From: Octopus bimaculoides
Lineage: Eukaryota
Reading direction: 5' to 3'
Length of the DNA: 32,537 nt
NCBI RefSeq assembly: GCF_001194135.2
Contig: NC_068983.1
Coordinates: 75,375,402 to 75,407,938 of the forward strand
The translations under genes were made by a program, and so were the position numbers. Positions 21,841 to 32,537 of the stretch are shown here, in pieces. The notes below the pieces were generated by a model that saw only the letters and a program-made list of their open reading frames with translations, was not told the origin of the DNA and did no database searches. The first letter of the stretch is position 1, and each line of letters opens with the position of its first letter.

Positions 21841-22359
21841 GTGATAATAATAACTATAATGATGATGATGGACTACGACGACGACGATGATGATAATAAA
21901 TTAATGATTTCTATCCCCAAAATAATGAAGGTGAAATTACAGTTAAGCAATCACCTAACAACAAAAGGATTGAACACTTATGAAAAAGTTTGTGACATTT
22001 TTGGTTATTGATGTTCAATCTCTAGCATGTGTATTACTATGATTGTCAATTTTTTTTATCAGCATAAAAGATTGCTTTCATTAAATTAGTATATTTAAAA
22101 AGGAAAACTATGAAATGATGAAGAAGAGTTTTTATCAAGAAAGAAGTTAGGAGTACAGAAGTTTTTTCTGTAATGCTGGCATTACTCATAATATTTCTCT
22201 TCTTTGCTCTCTCTGTGTCTCTTTGTCTCTGTCTGCCTCACTGTCTCTCTGTCTGTCTCTGTCTCTGTATCTCTCTCTCTCTCTATACACACACACACGC
22301 GTTGTGTGTATGTGTGTGTATGTGCGCAAGCGCATGTGTGTATACATATATATAAATAC

Positions 22360-22521
22360 AGGCGAAGATGTAGTTGTGTGGTATGAAGCTTGCTTCCCAA
22401 CTACATAGTTCCAGGTCCAGTTCCACTGGGTGGCACCTTAGGCAAGTGTCTTCTACTATAACTTTGGGCTGACCAAAGCCTTGTAAGTGGACTTGGTAGA
22501 TGGAAACTGAAAGAATCCTGT

Positions 22522-22566
<45 letters not shown>

Positions 22567-22650
22567 NNNNNNNNNNTGTGTGTGTGTGTGTGTGTGTGTG
22601 TATCTGTGTCTGCGTTTGTCCTCCCACCACCACCACTTGACAAGCAGTTA
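22360..22650 (+). mobile_element. Family-A SINE with internal (TA)n-gap-(TG)n and a truncated tail
   Basis: Head and body at 22360-22522, microsatellite at 22523-22602, then tttgtcctcccacc...cttgacaa matching the tail start of the 8442 copy. Confidence 0.85.
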
Positions 22651-22734
22651 AACAACAATGGTGAGATGGTTCAAACAGTTGCACAATATTTTCTGTGCAA
22701 AAAAAAACTACATTGGTGTTATATTGGTTTCATA

Positions 22735-22845
22735 TTTTGGCACAAGGCCAGTAATTTCGGGGTAGGGGACAGTCAACTACATCACCCCCAATGCTCAGTT
22801 GGTATTTATTTTATCAAATCCGAAAGGATGAAAGCAAAAGTGGCA
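22735..22845 (-). mobile_element. Family-B SINE 3' part
   Basis: ggcacaaggccag...ccgaaaggatgaaagcaaaagt. Confidence 0.7.
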
Positions 22846-23469
22846 TGTTATACTCAAGTATCATTTTATCACACACTTAAGGCAAATTTAACAAAAACTT
22901 AACAAATGATTTACAGTACATTGGAAGTTAACAAAAGAGAGAAGCTTACATCATCTCAATGTATATCCTTCCCCAGTTTATGTAACCCACATATATATAT
23001 CTTACATCGTTTAATGACTGGGGTTATCTTTAAGAAATGACTTTTTGTTTTATCTATTAGTAAATGGCAAATGATAATATAAAGATTACAGGAGTACAGA
23101 CATCTTCAGCTGTCAGTCAGCATCACTGTAGATGGCTGATGACAAAACAAAAGCATTGGTGTTACACCCTGATAGTAGATTGTAGCAATACAAAACATCA
23201 CAGCTAAAAATACAAGGTTTACACTCTGTAAGTAATTCTCTTGACCAAAATATTTAAAAAAATCATACACACATTCATGCAGCAGTTCTGATTAGCACCA
23301 GTGTTTGGTTATGGTATAACTCTAACATTTATTTTTGTTTTACAATAAATTTCTTACAGAGTTCAAACTCATGGCTGAAAAGCAACAAAAGCTTTAAATG
23401 AGTTAAATAAATACTGTCTTGAATTGTGGGACTCATAGAGCCAGTTACCCAGTTTTCATGGCATAAAAG

Positions 23470-23631
23470 CACTAGCGTAGCTCGGATGGCGTGGGGTGGT
23501 GGTGGCATCTTTAATGGGGCACCACTTTTGGGTTTGCTGTCGGCAATATGTTTTTTTTTTGTGGGGTCTGATGCCTTGGGCAGCAAAGGGAAGGGCTGCC
23601 CCAGGCAGCACTCACTCTAGCTATGCTAGTG
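23470..23631. mobile_element. hAT-like MITE (162 bp)
   Basis: TIRs cactagcgtagct / agctatgctagtg. The 8-bp flanks cataaaag / catatatg match at 6 of 8 positions. Confidence 0.6.
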
Positions 23632-23689
23632 CATATATGTGACTGAGATCACAACATAACTGCTGAATAGTATGCCAGTTCATTGTAGG

Positions 23690-23830
23690 GTTACACATTT
23701 ACAACTGAGTAAATTGGAACAATGTGAAATGAAGTGCTTTGCTCACGAACACAATGCACCACCTGTTCTTGGAATCAAAACCATGATCTTGCACTCATGA
23801 GTGCAAGGCCCTGACCATAAGACCACAAGA
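23690..23830 (-). mobile_element. Family-E SINE; a further very decayed copy lies at about 9875-9995
   Basis: ctggaacaatgtgaa-like and tgctca.gaaca motifs shared with 28300-28464. Confidence 0.6.
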
Positions 23831-23879
23831 TCACATCCCCTCACCAATGAGCTCAGTAGTCTACATAAAAGAAAAAATA

Positions 23880-25440
23880 AATATCCAATACTTGTATTGA
23901 GTTGTGAAAAAGTGTAGCATTGGTAATGTTCCTGATGATAATTTATTGTTTGAAGAAAGTATTGATGATTTAGATCTTGATTCAGTGATGAAGAGAGCAA
24001 TGTGGATGACAACAGCAAGAATGAATGTTCAGGGTTTGAGAATACTGGTTTACTTAGTTCTGAATAGAATGATTACCTGGGTTTTGCAGATGATGATTAA
24101 ATTAATCTTATGATTTTTTTTCACCACATTTATTGAACTTTGGTCAATTTAGTTAAAGTTGAAGGTTAAAGAAAAAGAGAAAGGGATTACTGAGTTTGAT
24201 ACAGAAAATTTGTAAGTTGGCAGAATTAAAGATGAATTTATAATTGAATATTGAAATTGATTTGTGGTGTTTGAAGCTATAGATGAAGGTAGCCACCAAC
24301 AACATATGAAAGAGTTTAAAAGAAGTATATTAGACTGTAACCAAAGATGTTCAGTGTAGAAGAAAGATAAAAGGAAGAAAATGGAATATCATGAGAAATG
24401 GGAAGTTATTGAAACACAAAACATATGAAAAGGTTTTGCTGAAAGTTATAGAGGAAATAAAAGTGGAAATAGATATTGGAGTCTTAACAGAAATGTGCAA
24501 AGGTGTTCAGTAATAAGAGATAAAAGATTTTTGGAAGTGAAAGCTGATGAAGTACATAAGTTATTCTATGCAAGAAGTAGTAGTGAAATCAGAAAAACTT
24601 ATATGAAATAATAAATGAGATTAGAAAGAAAAGAGATCATAAATACAACCTGTTGTAATACTGATGAGGAACTAATAATATCCAAATAAATGACCAAGAA
24701 AGATTTAAAGAATATCTTGAGCCATGAACAAATCATTTAATGGGGAAAATACTCTGATATTTCCTGAACCACGAAAGAAGGTGGAAATGGCTGTACATGA
24801 AATATATGTTAAAGAAACAGTTAAAGCAATTAAGAAACAGAATTGCTTCTTGATGAAATGGAAATGCAGGAGAAATGTTAAAACAGATAAGCAGGTGACT
24901 GTAAGAGCATCTTTGAAGCTATTTTGTAATATATGAAATACTGAACCTGAAAATAATGGTGATATAATCCGTGGAGATTAGAAAGTTGGTGTAGTGATTA
25001 GGATACTGAAAAAATCAGGTTTCATAGACAATGTGGATATCAGGTAGGTATAATCCTGAGCAGCATAGTATTAAAAGTGTTCAGTATTCTGAATAGGATA
25101 CAGACTGCTTTAGTCAGTATGTTAAAGGGTAAACAAGCAGACTTCCTGTAACTGTGAAGTTATAGTGATTACATATTTTTACCCAGGCATGTTATACAGC
25201 TTCAGACAGCCTTTAATAACGGCTGTTGTAGACTCTGAAAAGGACTTTGTTAGTAAACAGACTGGAAAGTACTATGCTACTGTGGTTTGCATGGAGAATA
25301 TGTCAATTTAAAAGGTACAATACATCAAGACATAAACGTGTTGTAAATGTAGACAGTCAGCTCTGAAATGAATTTTGAAGTTGGGTGTAAAGGGTTGCAG
25401 GGAAGTGTTCTATCACCTCTTTTGTTTGCTGCTCTAGTAA
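23880..25440 (+). mobile_element. Highly decayed RTE-like LINE relic (linker and RT N-half)
   Basis: Stop-riddled RT-like pieces ETVKAIKK, GIILSSIVLKVFS, KQADF, QGSVLSPLLF. The left boundary is approximate. Confidence 0.6.
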
Positions 25441-25518
25441 CCTACATATGAAGGAAATAAATGAAAATAGAAAAGATAGAACTGAATGGATTTATTGAAA
25501 GTACATAGCAGATGTGGA

Positions 25519-25680
25519 TCATCACCATCATCATTGTCATCATTGTTTAATGTCTGCTTTCCATGCTGGCATGGGTGGGATGGTTTGACAAGAGCTGGGC
25601 AGGCAGAAGCCTGCACCAGACTTCTGTAAGTGTTTTGGCAGGATTTTTACAGTTGGATGCCCTCCCTAACACCACCACTC
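25519..25680 (-). mobile_element. Short RTE 3'-end copy, diverged
   Basis: tttccatgctggcatggg ... ggatgccctccctaacacc; (CAT)n at the left end. Confidence 0.8.
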
Positions 25681-25959
25681 TGCATGCTGATGATATTGCT
25701 TTTCTTTGTAATAAACATCATACAAATAATTGAAATAGACAAAGGCATAGTCTTAAAGATAAACATCAATGAATCTGAAATTATGAAGAAGGCACATACT
25801 AAAAGAGCCAAATAAGTTTAATTATTTGGGACTATCATAGAAAAAAATGAGTCTTCAGAAATTGAACTGTTTATTATTTTTAGCCATTTGCTATCTTCCC
25901 TGTCACCTTTTTCCATAGGACACATCTGAATGGTTCAAAATGGAGGAAGGCATGTCTTG

Positions 25960-26520
25960 GGGAGGGTATTGTCACTATCTTTTTTGTTCTGTTGTTGTTT
26001 GGAGGCTTTCAGTACTGTTGTGCTTTTGTGAAATGGTGGCTCTTAAATGTGGTTCTTCTTTTGTTGTTGTTGTTTCTGTTGCTGTTGCTTCCACTGTTGT
26101 TATTTCTGTTGTTATTGCTGTAGCTGATATCACTGCTACTTTTGGAGCTGTTGGTTTTACTGCTGCAGTTCCTGTTGTTGTAATAATGTTGGCAGAAGTT
26201 GGGTTTTCCTTTTCTCTTCCTTTGTTGTGCACAGAAAGCCTTAAGATGGTTTGTGTCACCACACAAGTGACACACTAGCTCTCTGCTATCCACATCCATG
26301 AACAGTTGTGCACTACCTGGCAGACTGACCAGGTTTGGGATGAATTGCATACTTACTTGATCTGCTTGGATCAATAGTTCCATCTCTTGGTCCAACTCTT
26401 TAGAGTTAATGTGGAATGCTTCCTCGCCTCATCCTGTTTTGTAAATCTCACAACTACCAGGCTTAATTTTTACCCCTAGCTATGTGTTTTAGTGCCCCAG
26501 ATTAGTCTGAGGCATTTAAA
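25960..26520 (-). pseudogene. Non-LTR retrotransposon ORF1/gag-like relic with a CCHC zinc knuckle
   Basis: LVVVRFTKQDEARKHS...FMDVDSRELV-CHLCGDTNHLKAFC (CX2CX4HX4C at 26231-26272), then a frameshift into a Thr/Ala-rich linker (ORF 25975..26262). Confidence 0.65.
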
Positions 26521-26839
26521 AAATTTGCTACTGTGCTGCTTGCCCTATTTTCTGACTTTTAATTCCCATGCTTTTGTAAAAAGCTGTTTTGTGGTTGACT
26601 TCTTGCTAGATGGATTCTGATATATCTAGTAATATATTTTTGGCCAGACCTCATGAGGCAAAAATACACTGGATATGAGAAGCTCTTAAGACCCTTTGGG
26701 AGTTTATGTAAAATACAGAATGAAATTTTTGAACATAAAGTCTTGAAGAGACAGTTGAAATAAAACAAAATGTATGAGTTATTCGATATAATGTGTTGCA
26801 GACACCGCCACCACAATAACAACAACAACAACAATAATG

Positions 26840-27051
26840 GCTTCAAATTTTATACAAGACCAGCCATTTAAGGGGAGGGGATAAGCTGATTATATCAACC
26901 CTTGGGCTCAACTGGTACTTAATTTATCGACCCCAAAAGAACAAAAGGCAAAGTTGACCTCTGTGGAATTTGAACTCAGTCCATAAAGAAAGACAGAATT
27001 GCTGCTAAGCATTTTGTCCTGTGGGTTAACGATTCTACCAGCTCACTGCCT
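26840..27051 (-). mobile_element. Family-B SINE
   Basis: ctcaactggtacttaatttatcgacccc...ggaatttgaactcag...cagctcactgcc. Confidence 0.85.
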
Positions 27052-27116
27052 TAATAATAATAACAACAACAGCAAAATAAATAAATTAGATATTCAAATA
27101 TAAACCATAAACATAC

Positions 27117-27182
27117 CTGGTCTAAATGATGACATTTTCCTTTCAGTTGAGACCATGATTCATCCTTGTGGTCAATCTCAGT
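27117..27182 (-). CDS. Internal coding exon (66 nt, phase 0-0): TEIDHKDESWSQLKGKCHHLDQ
   Basis: Minus strand has a long T-rich tract then ttttcaag|ACTGAGATT...TTAGACCAG|gtatgt. Open frame, phase-compatible with both neighbouring exons. Confidence 0.8.
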
Positions 27183-27559
27183 CTTGAAAATAAAAAAAAT
27201 AAAAAATTAAGACACTTAGATATACTGAGATTAACCAACTTAAAATAGAAATAATAATCTCTCTAAGACAAAAATAAATGAAATAACTCTTAACTGTGAC
27301 CTCTGCAAGTTCAGTAATACCTAAGTTGCTATATTTACTGCTTCTATTGCTGCTGTTATCATCTCTTACACCCATTGATATTACTATTATATAGCAATGA
27401 TATGTTGCTATGGCAGCTTTTATCAAATTCTAAATCTCTGGCCTTCTGTCTTTTCATTTTTATGGTTTAGTCAAAGGAAGGAGTATTCTGCAAGATCTCT
27501 GAGATTTGTGGGTCAAAAATATAGTCAATCTAACAGACTTCTATATGATTTCTATGAGT

Positions 27560-27692
27560 ACAATTTCAGCCCTGTAGCATTGGTTTGACCTAAAACCAAG
27601 GTAGTAGATACTTGTTCAGATTCTGAACAGTGGAATTGAACCAAGATCCACATGATTGCAAAGGAAACGTTTCAACCATACAGTCATGCCTG
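27560..27692 (-). mobile_element. Degenerate family-A SINE
   Basis: gtagtagatacttgttcag...cagtggaattgaacc...aaccatacagtcatgcctgca. Confidence 0.55.
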
Positions 27693-28043
27693 CAACTTAA
27701 TTGAAGTAAGAAGACTGCTGTAAAGTTTTCCTTTACATTGGAAAAGAATCAATCCTTCAATCGAAAAAGTGTTATGTTGTTGCTGATTAGCTCAAATCAA
27801 CTTTGGTCTGAGCCACCTTATGATCATCAATGTTGCAATAATGAACATAAAAGCTTTTATGTATATTTAGTACTAACATTGTCCAATGTATCATCCCTTT
27901 TAAGAGGATAGACTGTAATTTGAAGGAATTTGATTGCTATTTCTAGCTTGTTGAATGACCACATAGAGGCTTCTTCATGTTACTTATCCCTAGTAAACAT
28001 GAGAGAGAGAGAGAGAGAGAACCCAGGTTTGAAATTTCCCCAA

Positions 28044-28086
28044 GACACCTGATGAAGGCTGGAGGGTATATCAGCCAAAATGTGTT
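28044..28086 (+). ncRNA. Degenerate minimal type I hammerhead-like motif (Penelope-type), probably inactive
   Basis: gacac-CTGATGA-a-ggctg(gagggtatat)cagcc-AAAA-t-gtgtt. Stems I and II pair, but the core has AAAA instead of GAAA and the stem III/cleavage triplet is shortened. Confidence 0.55.
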
Positions 28087-28299
28087 AACAACAAACAAGA
28101 TGAGGACAAATATCCGTCAAATGTAAATAATGTATATATATATATAAAGGTTTAACTGTCCTTCCCAAGTGATAGGCTCATAAGGCTGGTTTCCCAGATT
28201 CTATAATTGAGTCTCACCCTTCCTTCCTTTCTTCCTTCCTTCCTTTCTTTCTTTCTTTCTTTCTTTAACAAATCAGCAGTGATCAGAGACCTGAGCATA

Positions 28300-28462
28300 A
28301 AGTGGGTTCATCAAAGGATTACTCATTTTTGGCTGTTGAGTGAGCTGGAACAATGTGAAGGGATGTGTATTGCTCAAGAACAACACATTGCGCCAGTTTA
28401 GGAATTGAAACAACAATCTTACGATACCAAGTTCAACACCCTAACCACTAAGCCATGTACCT

Positions 28463-28464
<2 letters not shown>
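28300..28464 (-). mobile_element. Family-E tRNA-derived SINE (CORE/MIR-like body)
   Basis: Minus-strand head ggaggtacatggcttagtggttaggg...gtttcaattcc, then gtgttgttcttgagcaatacac. Related to 23690-23830. Confidence 0.7.
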
Positions 28465-28552
<88 letters not shown>

Positions 28553-28585
28553 ATATGTTTGTATGTATGTATGTTTTTATGTATG
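28464..28585. repeat. (CA)n-(TA)n-(TATG)n compound microsatellite
   Basis: Direct reading. Confidence 0.95.
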
Positions 28586-29165
28586 TCATTATTCAGTTTT
28601 ATTTCAAGATTTCTTGCCAATAGAGAGAGAGCCAGTTTCTAACTTAGATCCAAGGCTCCATCATATGTATGAGAGAACTGTGCATGTCATCAAAGTGACA
28701 CTGGGGTAAAATATATGAAGCCCAGTATACCCATAATGACTATCCATATGATAAGGGTATACCAGGCACATGTATCACAACCATATTTGCACGAAATGGT
28801 GATCTCATACCAAAATAAACAGGGCATGGCCTTGCAGGTGGGGCCCAGTCAGAATTTTCTTCAAGTCAAGTAGCCCATCTTGCTCAAAAGGATGTTGGAT
28901 GAAACACTCATGTTTCCAAAGGTGAATTATCCAACCCTCCTCCAACACATGGCTATAATGCTTCCCCACTACTGCTCCTGATCAGAGATATAACATGTTA
29001 TCAGCCACTAAGAGACATGGTCAACTAGTTAAGGTCAAACAACTGGCAAGCAAATCTGTAGTATTGAGCAGAATATTTACTTTAGCCCATCTTTTATACC
29101 AAGACAAAACAATGTACATGATAACACTTCCAATCAGTTATGATCAGAAGCCATGAGAGCCACTG
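28584..29165 (-). mobile_element. Complex-sequence island between (TATG)n tracts, possibly a solo LTR or other interspersed repeat
   Basis: Minus strand has ATTGG (29130-29134), GGTATAAAAG (29091-29100) and AATAAA near the far end (28598-28603). No convincing ORF or TSD. Confidence 0.35.
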
Positions 29166-29199
29166 ATGTATGTATGTATGTATGTATGTATGTATGTTG

Positions 29200-29686
29200 G
29201 TACGTGTGTGTAACGGCATGTATATTTGTGTCTTTTGGTCTTGACTGCATGATAGTAGTAAAATGACTGTTACTGTCATATAAAGTGTCATTTGTTTCCA
29301 ATATTCTGCAAAAAACAAATTTTGGCTATGGGAAAATATTGATTTGAAATTTTGGCACTAGGCCAGCAATTCCGGAGGAGAAGGTAAGTTGATAATATTG
29401 ACCCCAGTGATCAACTGTTCCTTATTTTATTAACACTGAAAGGATGAAAGGCAAAGTCATCCTTGGAGGAATTTGAACTCAGAATGCAAAGATAGACAAA
29501 ATGTCATAAGCATTTTGCCCAGTGTGCTAATGATACTGCCAGCTTGCTGCTTTTAAGCTATGGGAAAATATTACCTTGCTTGGGAAAACAAGTGAAGGTT
29601 GGCAACAGAAAGGGCATCCAGTCATAGGAAATCTGCCTTAGTAAACTTCTTAACCATGTAAAAATAAGAAAGTGGACACTAACAGA

Positions 29687-29742
<56 letters not shown>
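29200..29742 (+). mobile_element. RTE-tail-bearing element interrupted by the family-B SINE
   Basis: ggttggcaacagaaagggcatccag motif at about 29598 and a long (GAT)n tail. The TSD shows continuity across the SINE. The left boundary is approximate. Confidence 0.6.
29341..29556 (-). mobile_element. Family-B SINE with a 16-bp TSD
   Basis: Same body in reverse orientation. TSD gctatgggaaaatatt at 29325-29340 and 29557-29572. Confidence 0.88.
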
Positions 29743-29744
<2 letters not shown>

Positions 29745-30189
29745 GTTATTGCTATTGTCACTTTACAAAAAAATTACATAAATTTTTTTTTATTTTACTT
29801 TATTCTTTTACTGATTACTGTATTTTTCTTTTTACTTTTTGATCTGGAGTCATTCTTTGGAAAAGCCTTAAGGGGTTTGTTGTAGATTATTGTATCTTAA
29901 TTCTTACATTATCAGTCCCCCCCCCCCGCCTTTACTTAATCTCCCTGTAAGTTCCTTTCTGTTAACCACACACAGCAGGATGGTACTAAGATAGGGAAGC
30001 AGACAGACAGGAGGTAGGGGATATTTAACAAAATGTTATTTGGTAGGTTTGTTATTTGTATTTATTCATTTGTTTATATTTTTATTCTATTTCTATCAGA
30101 TAAAAACTAAGTCATATTGGATACCCAAACATTTTAAGTCATGTTAGATAAAAATGTATAAGCTGATACATTTGTATCTATAGCCGAAT

Positions 30190-30307
30190 CTATGTATGCA
30201 AAATATCATATCATACATGTACACATATACCTCCATATACATATTCACATATATATGTTTTGTGTATATCTGTGTGCATGTATGTGTGTGTATACATGTG
30301 TGTATAC

Positions 30308-30360
<53 letters not shown>

Positions 30361-30497
30361 CATGCATACACACACACTCATACTTATATACATTTGCATG
30401 TATACATACATACGTACATACATACATAAATATATGAGTGTGTATGTATGTGTGTCTATGTCTGTATATGTCTGTATATATATATATATATATATAT
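30190..30497. repeat. Long mixed TA/CA/TG low-complexity tract
   Basis: Direct reading; it generates six spurious ORF-track entries. Confidence 0.95.
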
Positions 30498-30715
30498 AAA
30501 TAAGGATAAGATCGATATTTAAAATATTGATCTTATCAAGTGGCCAGCATGGGAATAAAAACCATCAAAGGTAATAATTATTTAAAATTATAATACAGGG
30601 TATCTAAGAGATACTGCCACGCTGAAAAATAGCAGTCAAATTCTGACTCTAAAACCACAATAAATGTCCACATAGTACAAGGAGCGAAGACGAAGACAAA
30701 ATAAACCATTTTACT

Positions 30716-30945
30716 GGTTCACCTATCGCGGTTCACCTATTGCAGTTCACGTATCGTGGTTTATTATTTAAACTTACATCGATTCCACTGTGGTGCTGTT
30801 TTGCATTTATAACAAAAGAAATATATACAAATCATAAAAATGATAAAAAAATAATATACAGTACAGTACTGTGTCTACTTTGTAGATTTTTGCCTATCGT
30901 AGGGGATTTTGGAACATAACACCCGCAATAGTCAAGGGATTACTG
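30716..30945. mobile_element. Tigger-like MITE fragment, left TIR missing
   Basis: Three 14-bp ggttcacctatcgc-type repeats at 30716-30757 and right end gggattactg|TA, similar to the Tigger end at 8062. Confidence 0.6.
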
Positions 30946-31157
30946 TATGCATTTCTAATCTATTTACTCATGTATGTATATATATATAAAGCAGTTGTAT
31001 ACTGTCAACTTAATATGACAGTCCCAATAAAGGAATCATACTGCTGCTATTTAGCCCTAGGAAGCTGGACCTCTTCCTGTCGGTCATGAAAATATATGTA
31101 TGTATGTATGTGGAATGCAGATATTTTTGTGAATGTAGATATTTTTTGAGTGTCTGG

Positions 31158-31189
<32 letters not shown>

Positions 31190-32201
31190 TGTATGTACAT
31201 ACGCTCACAAAAAAAACCTGCACATTTAAACACACATATACACATATATACTCATAAACACATCCATGATTGCATCTGAAGCAGATATTTCCTTTGCTAT
31301 TCTCTTGCACCTATTTTATATTTTTATTCATTTTATTATTTATCAGCTTGTTTGTGTAACGAAGTTCACATTGACATTGAAAGTTTGGAAACTGCTGTTA
31401 CAAAAAATACTTCTAGGAAACTACGATCAAAAAAAGTCTGTTAGCTATTGGGAGAAGTCTGGTATTACTACTGGAAGCAAGGTGCAGACTGGCTTTTGAA
31501 GAAAAACACAGATTTTCTGTCCTACATTAACAAAAGTATTTGTGATTCTGTTGATATGCTCAATATCTCTGTCTTGTAATTTTTTTCTTTTTATAGTTTA
31601 TCATATTTTGGCAGTCCTATCTATCAACTTAGAAACTTACCCTATACACTGAAAAGCAGCTAAAAAAATATCCAGATAACAGGAATCCCAGGAGGGAATT
31701 AATATTTTCAGGAATGTAGTACAATTAAATCCAACTAAAGATCCAATCTTTCATGATATAGGAGTGATTAAAAAAATTGCTGTTAAGTGCATTTATTTCT
31801 TTAGGCCAAACAAAAGACTGATATTCATAAGTAACAAAGGTTGTAGGTTTGGCTAAATTAGTTTTAGTGCATTACTAGGAACCTCTATGTGGTGGGCATT
31901 CAGCCTGCTAGAAATAACAGCCAAATATTTTCCAAACCACAATAATGAAAATAAAGGATGTTCTAGATGAATTTTTGATCATAGGTCTGTTCAATCAAAA
32001 GCGATTTGGGGCTAAACACCGCTGCCACTACCACCACCACCATAACCATTAGCAGCAGCAGAGGCAGCAGCAATGAAGGTAACAACAGTAAGAGAGCAGA
32101 AAGATAATTGCAATTGGCTCATTCAGAAGATGATGATAATGATGAGGTGGAGATCTACTTTCCATCACATCATAAATAAAAAATTAAAATATGTATCTTA
32201 C

Positions 32202-32273
32202 CTTCAGTTTCTCTATAATCTCTTCCTGTTTTTCTCTCTCATTCAAATGATCATGTTTCTTACTTTCCAAACT
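32202..32273 (-). CDS. Internal coding exon (72 nt, phase 0-0) of an unnamed coiled-coil protein gene: SLESKKHDHLNEREKQEEIIEKLK
   Basis: Minus strand reads cctattttaatttcag|AGTTTGGAA...AAACTGAAG|gtaaga. Open frame, E/K-rich, and joins in frame to 27117-27182. Confidence 0.8.
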
Positions 32274-32304
32274 CTGAAATTAAAATAGGAGGTGAGAGAA
32301 ATGT

Positions 32305-32311
32305 AATGATA

Positions 32312-32350
<39 letters not shown>
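32305..32350. repeat. (TAA)n microsatellite
   Basis: Direct reading. Confidence 0.95.
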
Positions 32351-32351
<1 letters not shown>

Positions 32352-32537
32352 TTTCTTTTATTTTCTGCCAGGGTGATGAATGAGGCATAAAGGGTTGGGG
32401 TTTACAAAAAATGAAATGATAAAAAAAAAGGTAGAAAGTATGCGGGGTGTACAAAATAAGAAAATATACATAGTATACATCAAAGGCGTGCGGTGACTTC
32501 CGGGGCTGGGCATGCAATGAATTTCTCCCCCCCCCCC

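Noticed and set aside
30144-30499. Stacked ORFs rich in YI/HT/CV repeats (also 10805, 11979, 22173-22684, 28405-28709)
   Set aside because: Translations of dinucleotide microsatellites.
30716-30757. Three 14-bp direct repeats
   Set aside because: No spacers; these are subterminal repeats of a Tigger-like MITE, not CRISPR.
31347-31444. Plus-strand terminal-exon candidate (x)CLCNEVHIDIESLETAVTKNTSRKLRSKKVC*
   Set aside because: Plausible acceptor and composition, but no linked upstream exon and it lies antisense within the host intron. RNA-seq could revive it.
32484-32537. GC-rich stretch at the window end
   Set aside because: It may be the start of a MITE but is cut off by the window boundary.

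Overview
AT-rich, microsatellite-dense animal genomic DNA with four N-gaps (3901-4562, 8693-9056, 16607-16616, 22567-22576). The SINE families resemble those I recall from octopus, so a cephalopod origin is likely, but that is inference, not a search result. Most of the window is intron of a minus-strand gene. Three phase-0 exons with strong splice sites (32202-32273, 27117-27182, 8230-8391) join into one uninterrupted coiled-coil peptide; I cannot name the gene. The introns are filled with decayed transposons: a 5'-truncated RTE LINE with a PHD-like finger and several copies of its 3' end, a CR1/L2-type LINE 3' fragment, an older RTE-like relic, a zinc-knuckle ORF1 relic, mariner, maT-like and Tigger transposons, MITEs, and at least four tRNA-derived SINE families. 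There is no rRNA, true tRNA or CRISPR array, and almost all ORF-track entries are repeat-derived or spurious. I found no clearly new biological system. The best leads are a degenerate Penelope-type minimal hammerhead, a SINE that carries an internal microsatellite and shares its tail with the CR1-type LINE, a conserved motif where short RTE copies begin, and inverted SINEs bracketing a symmetric exon.
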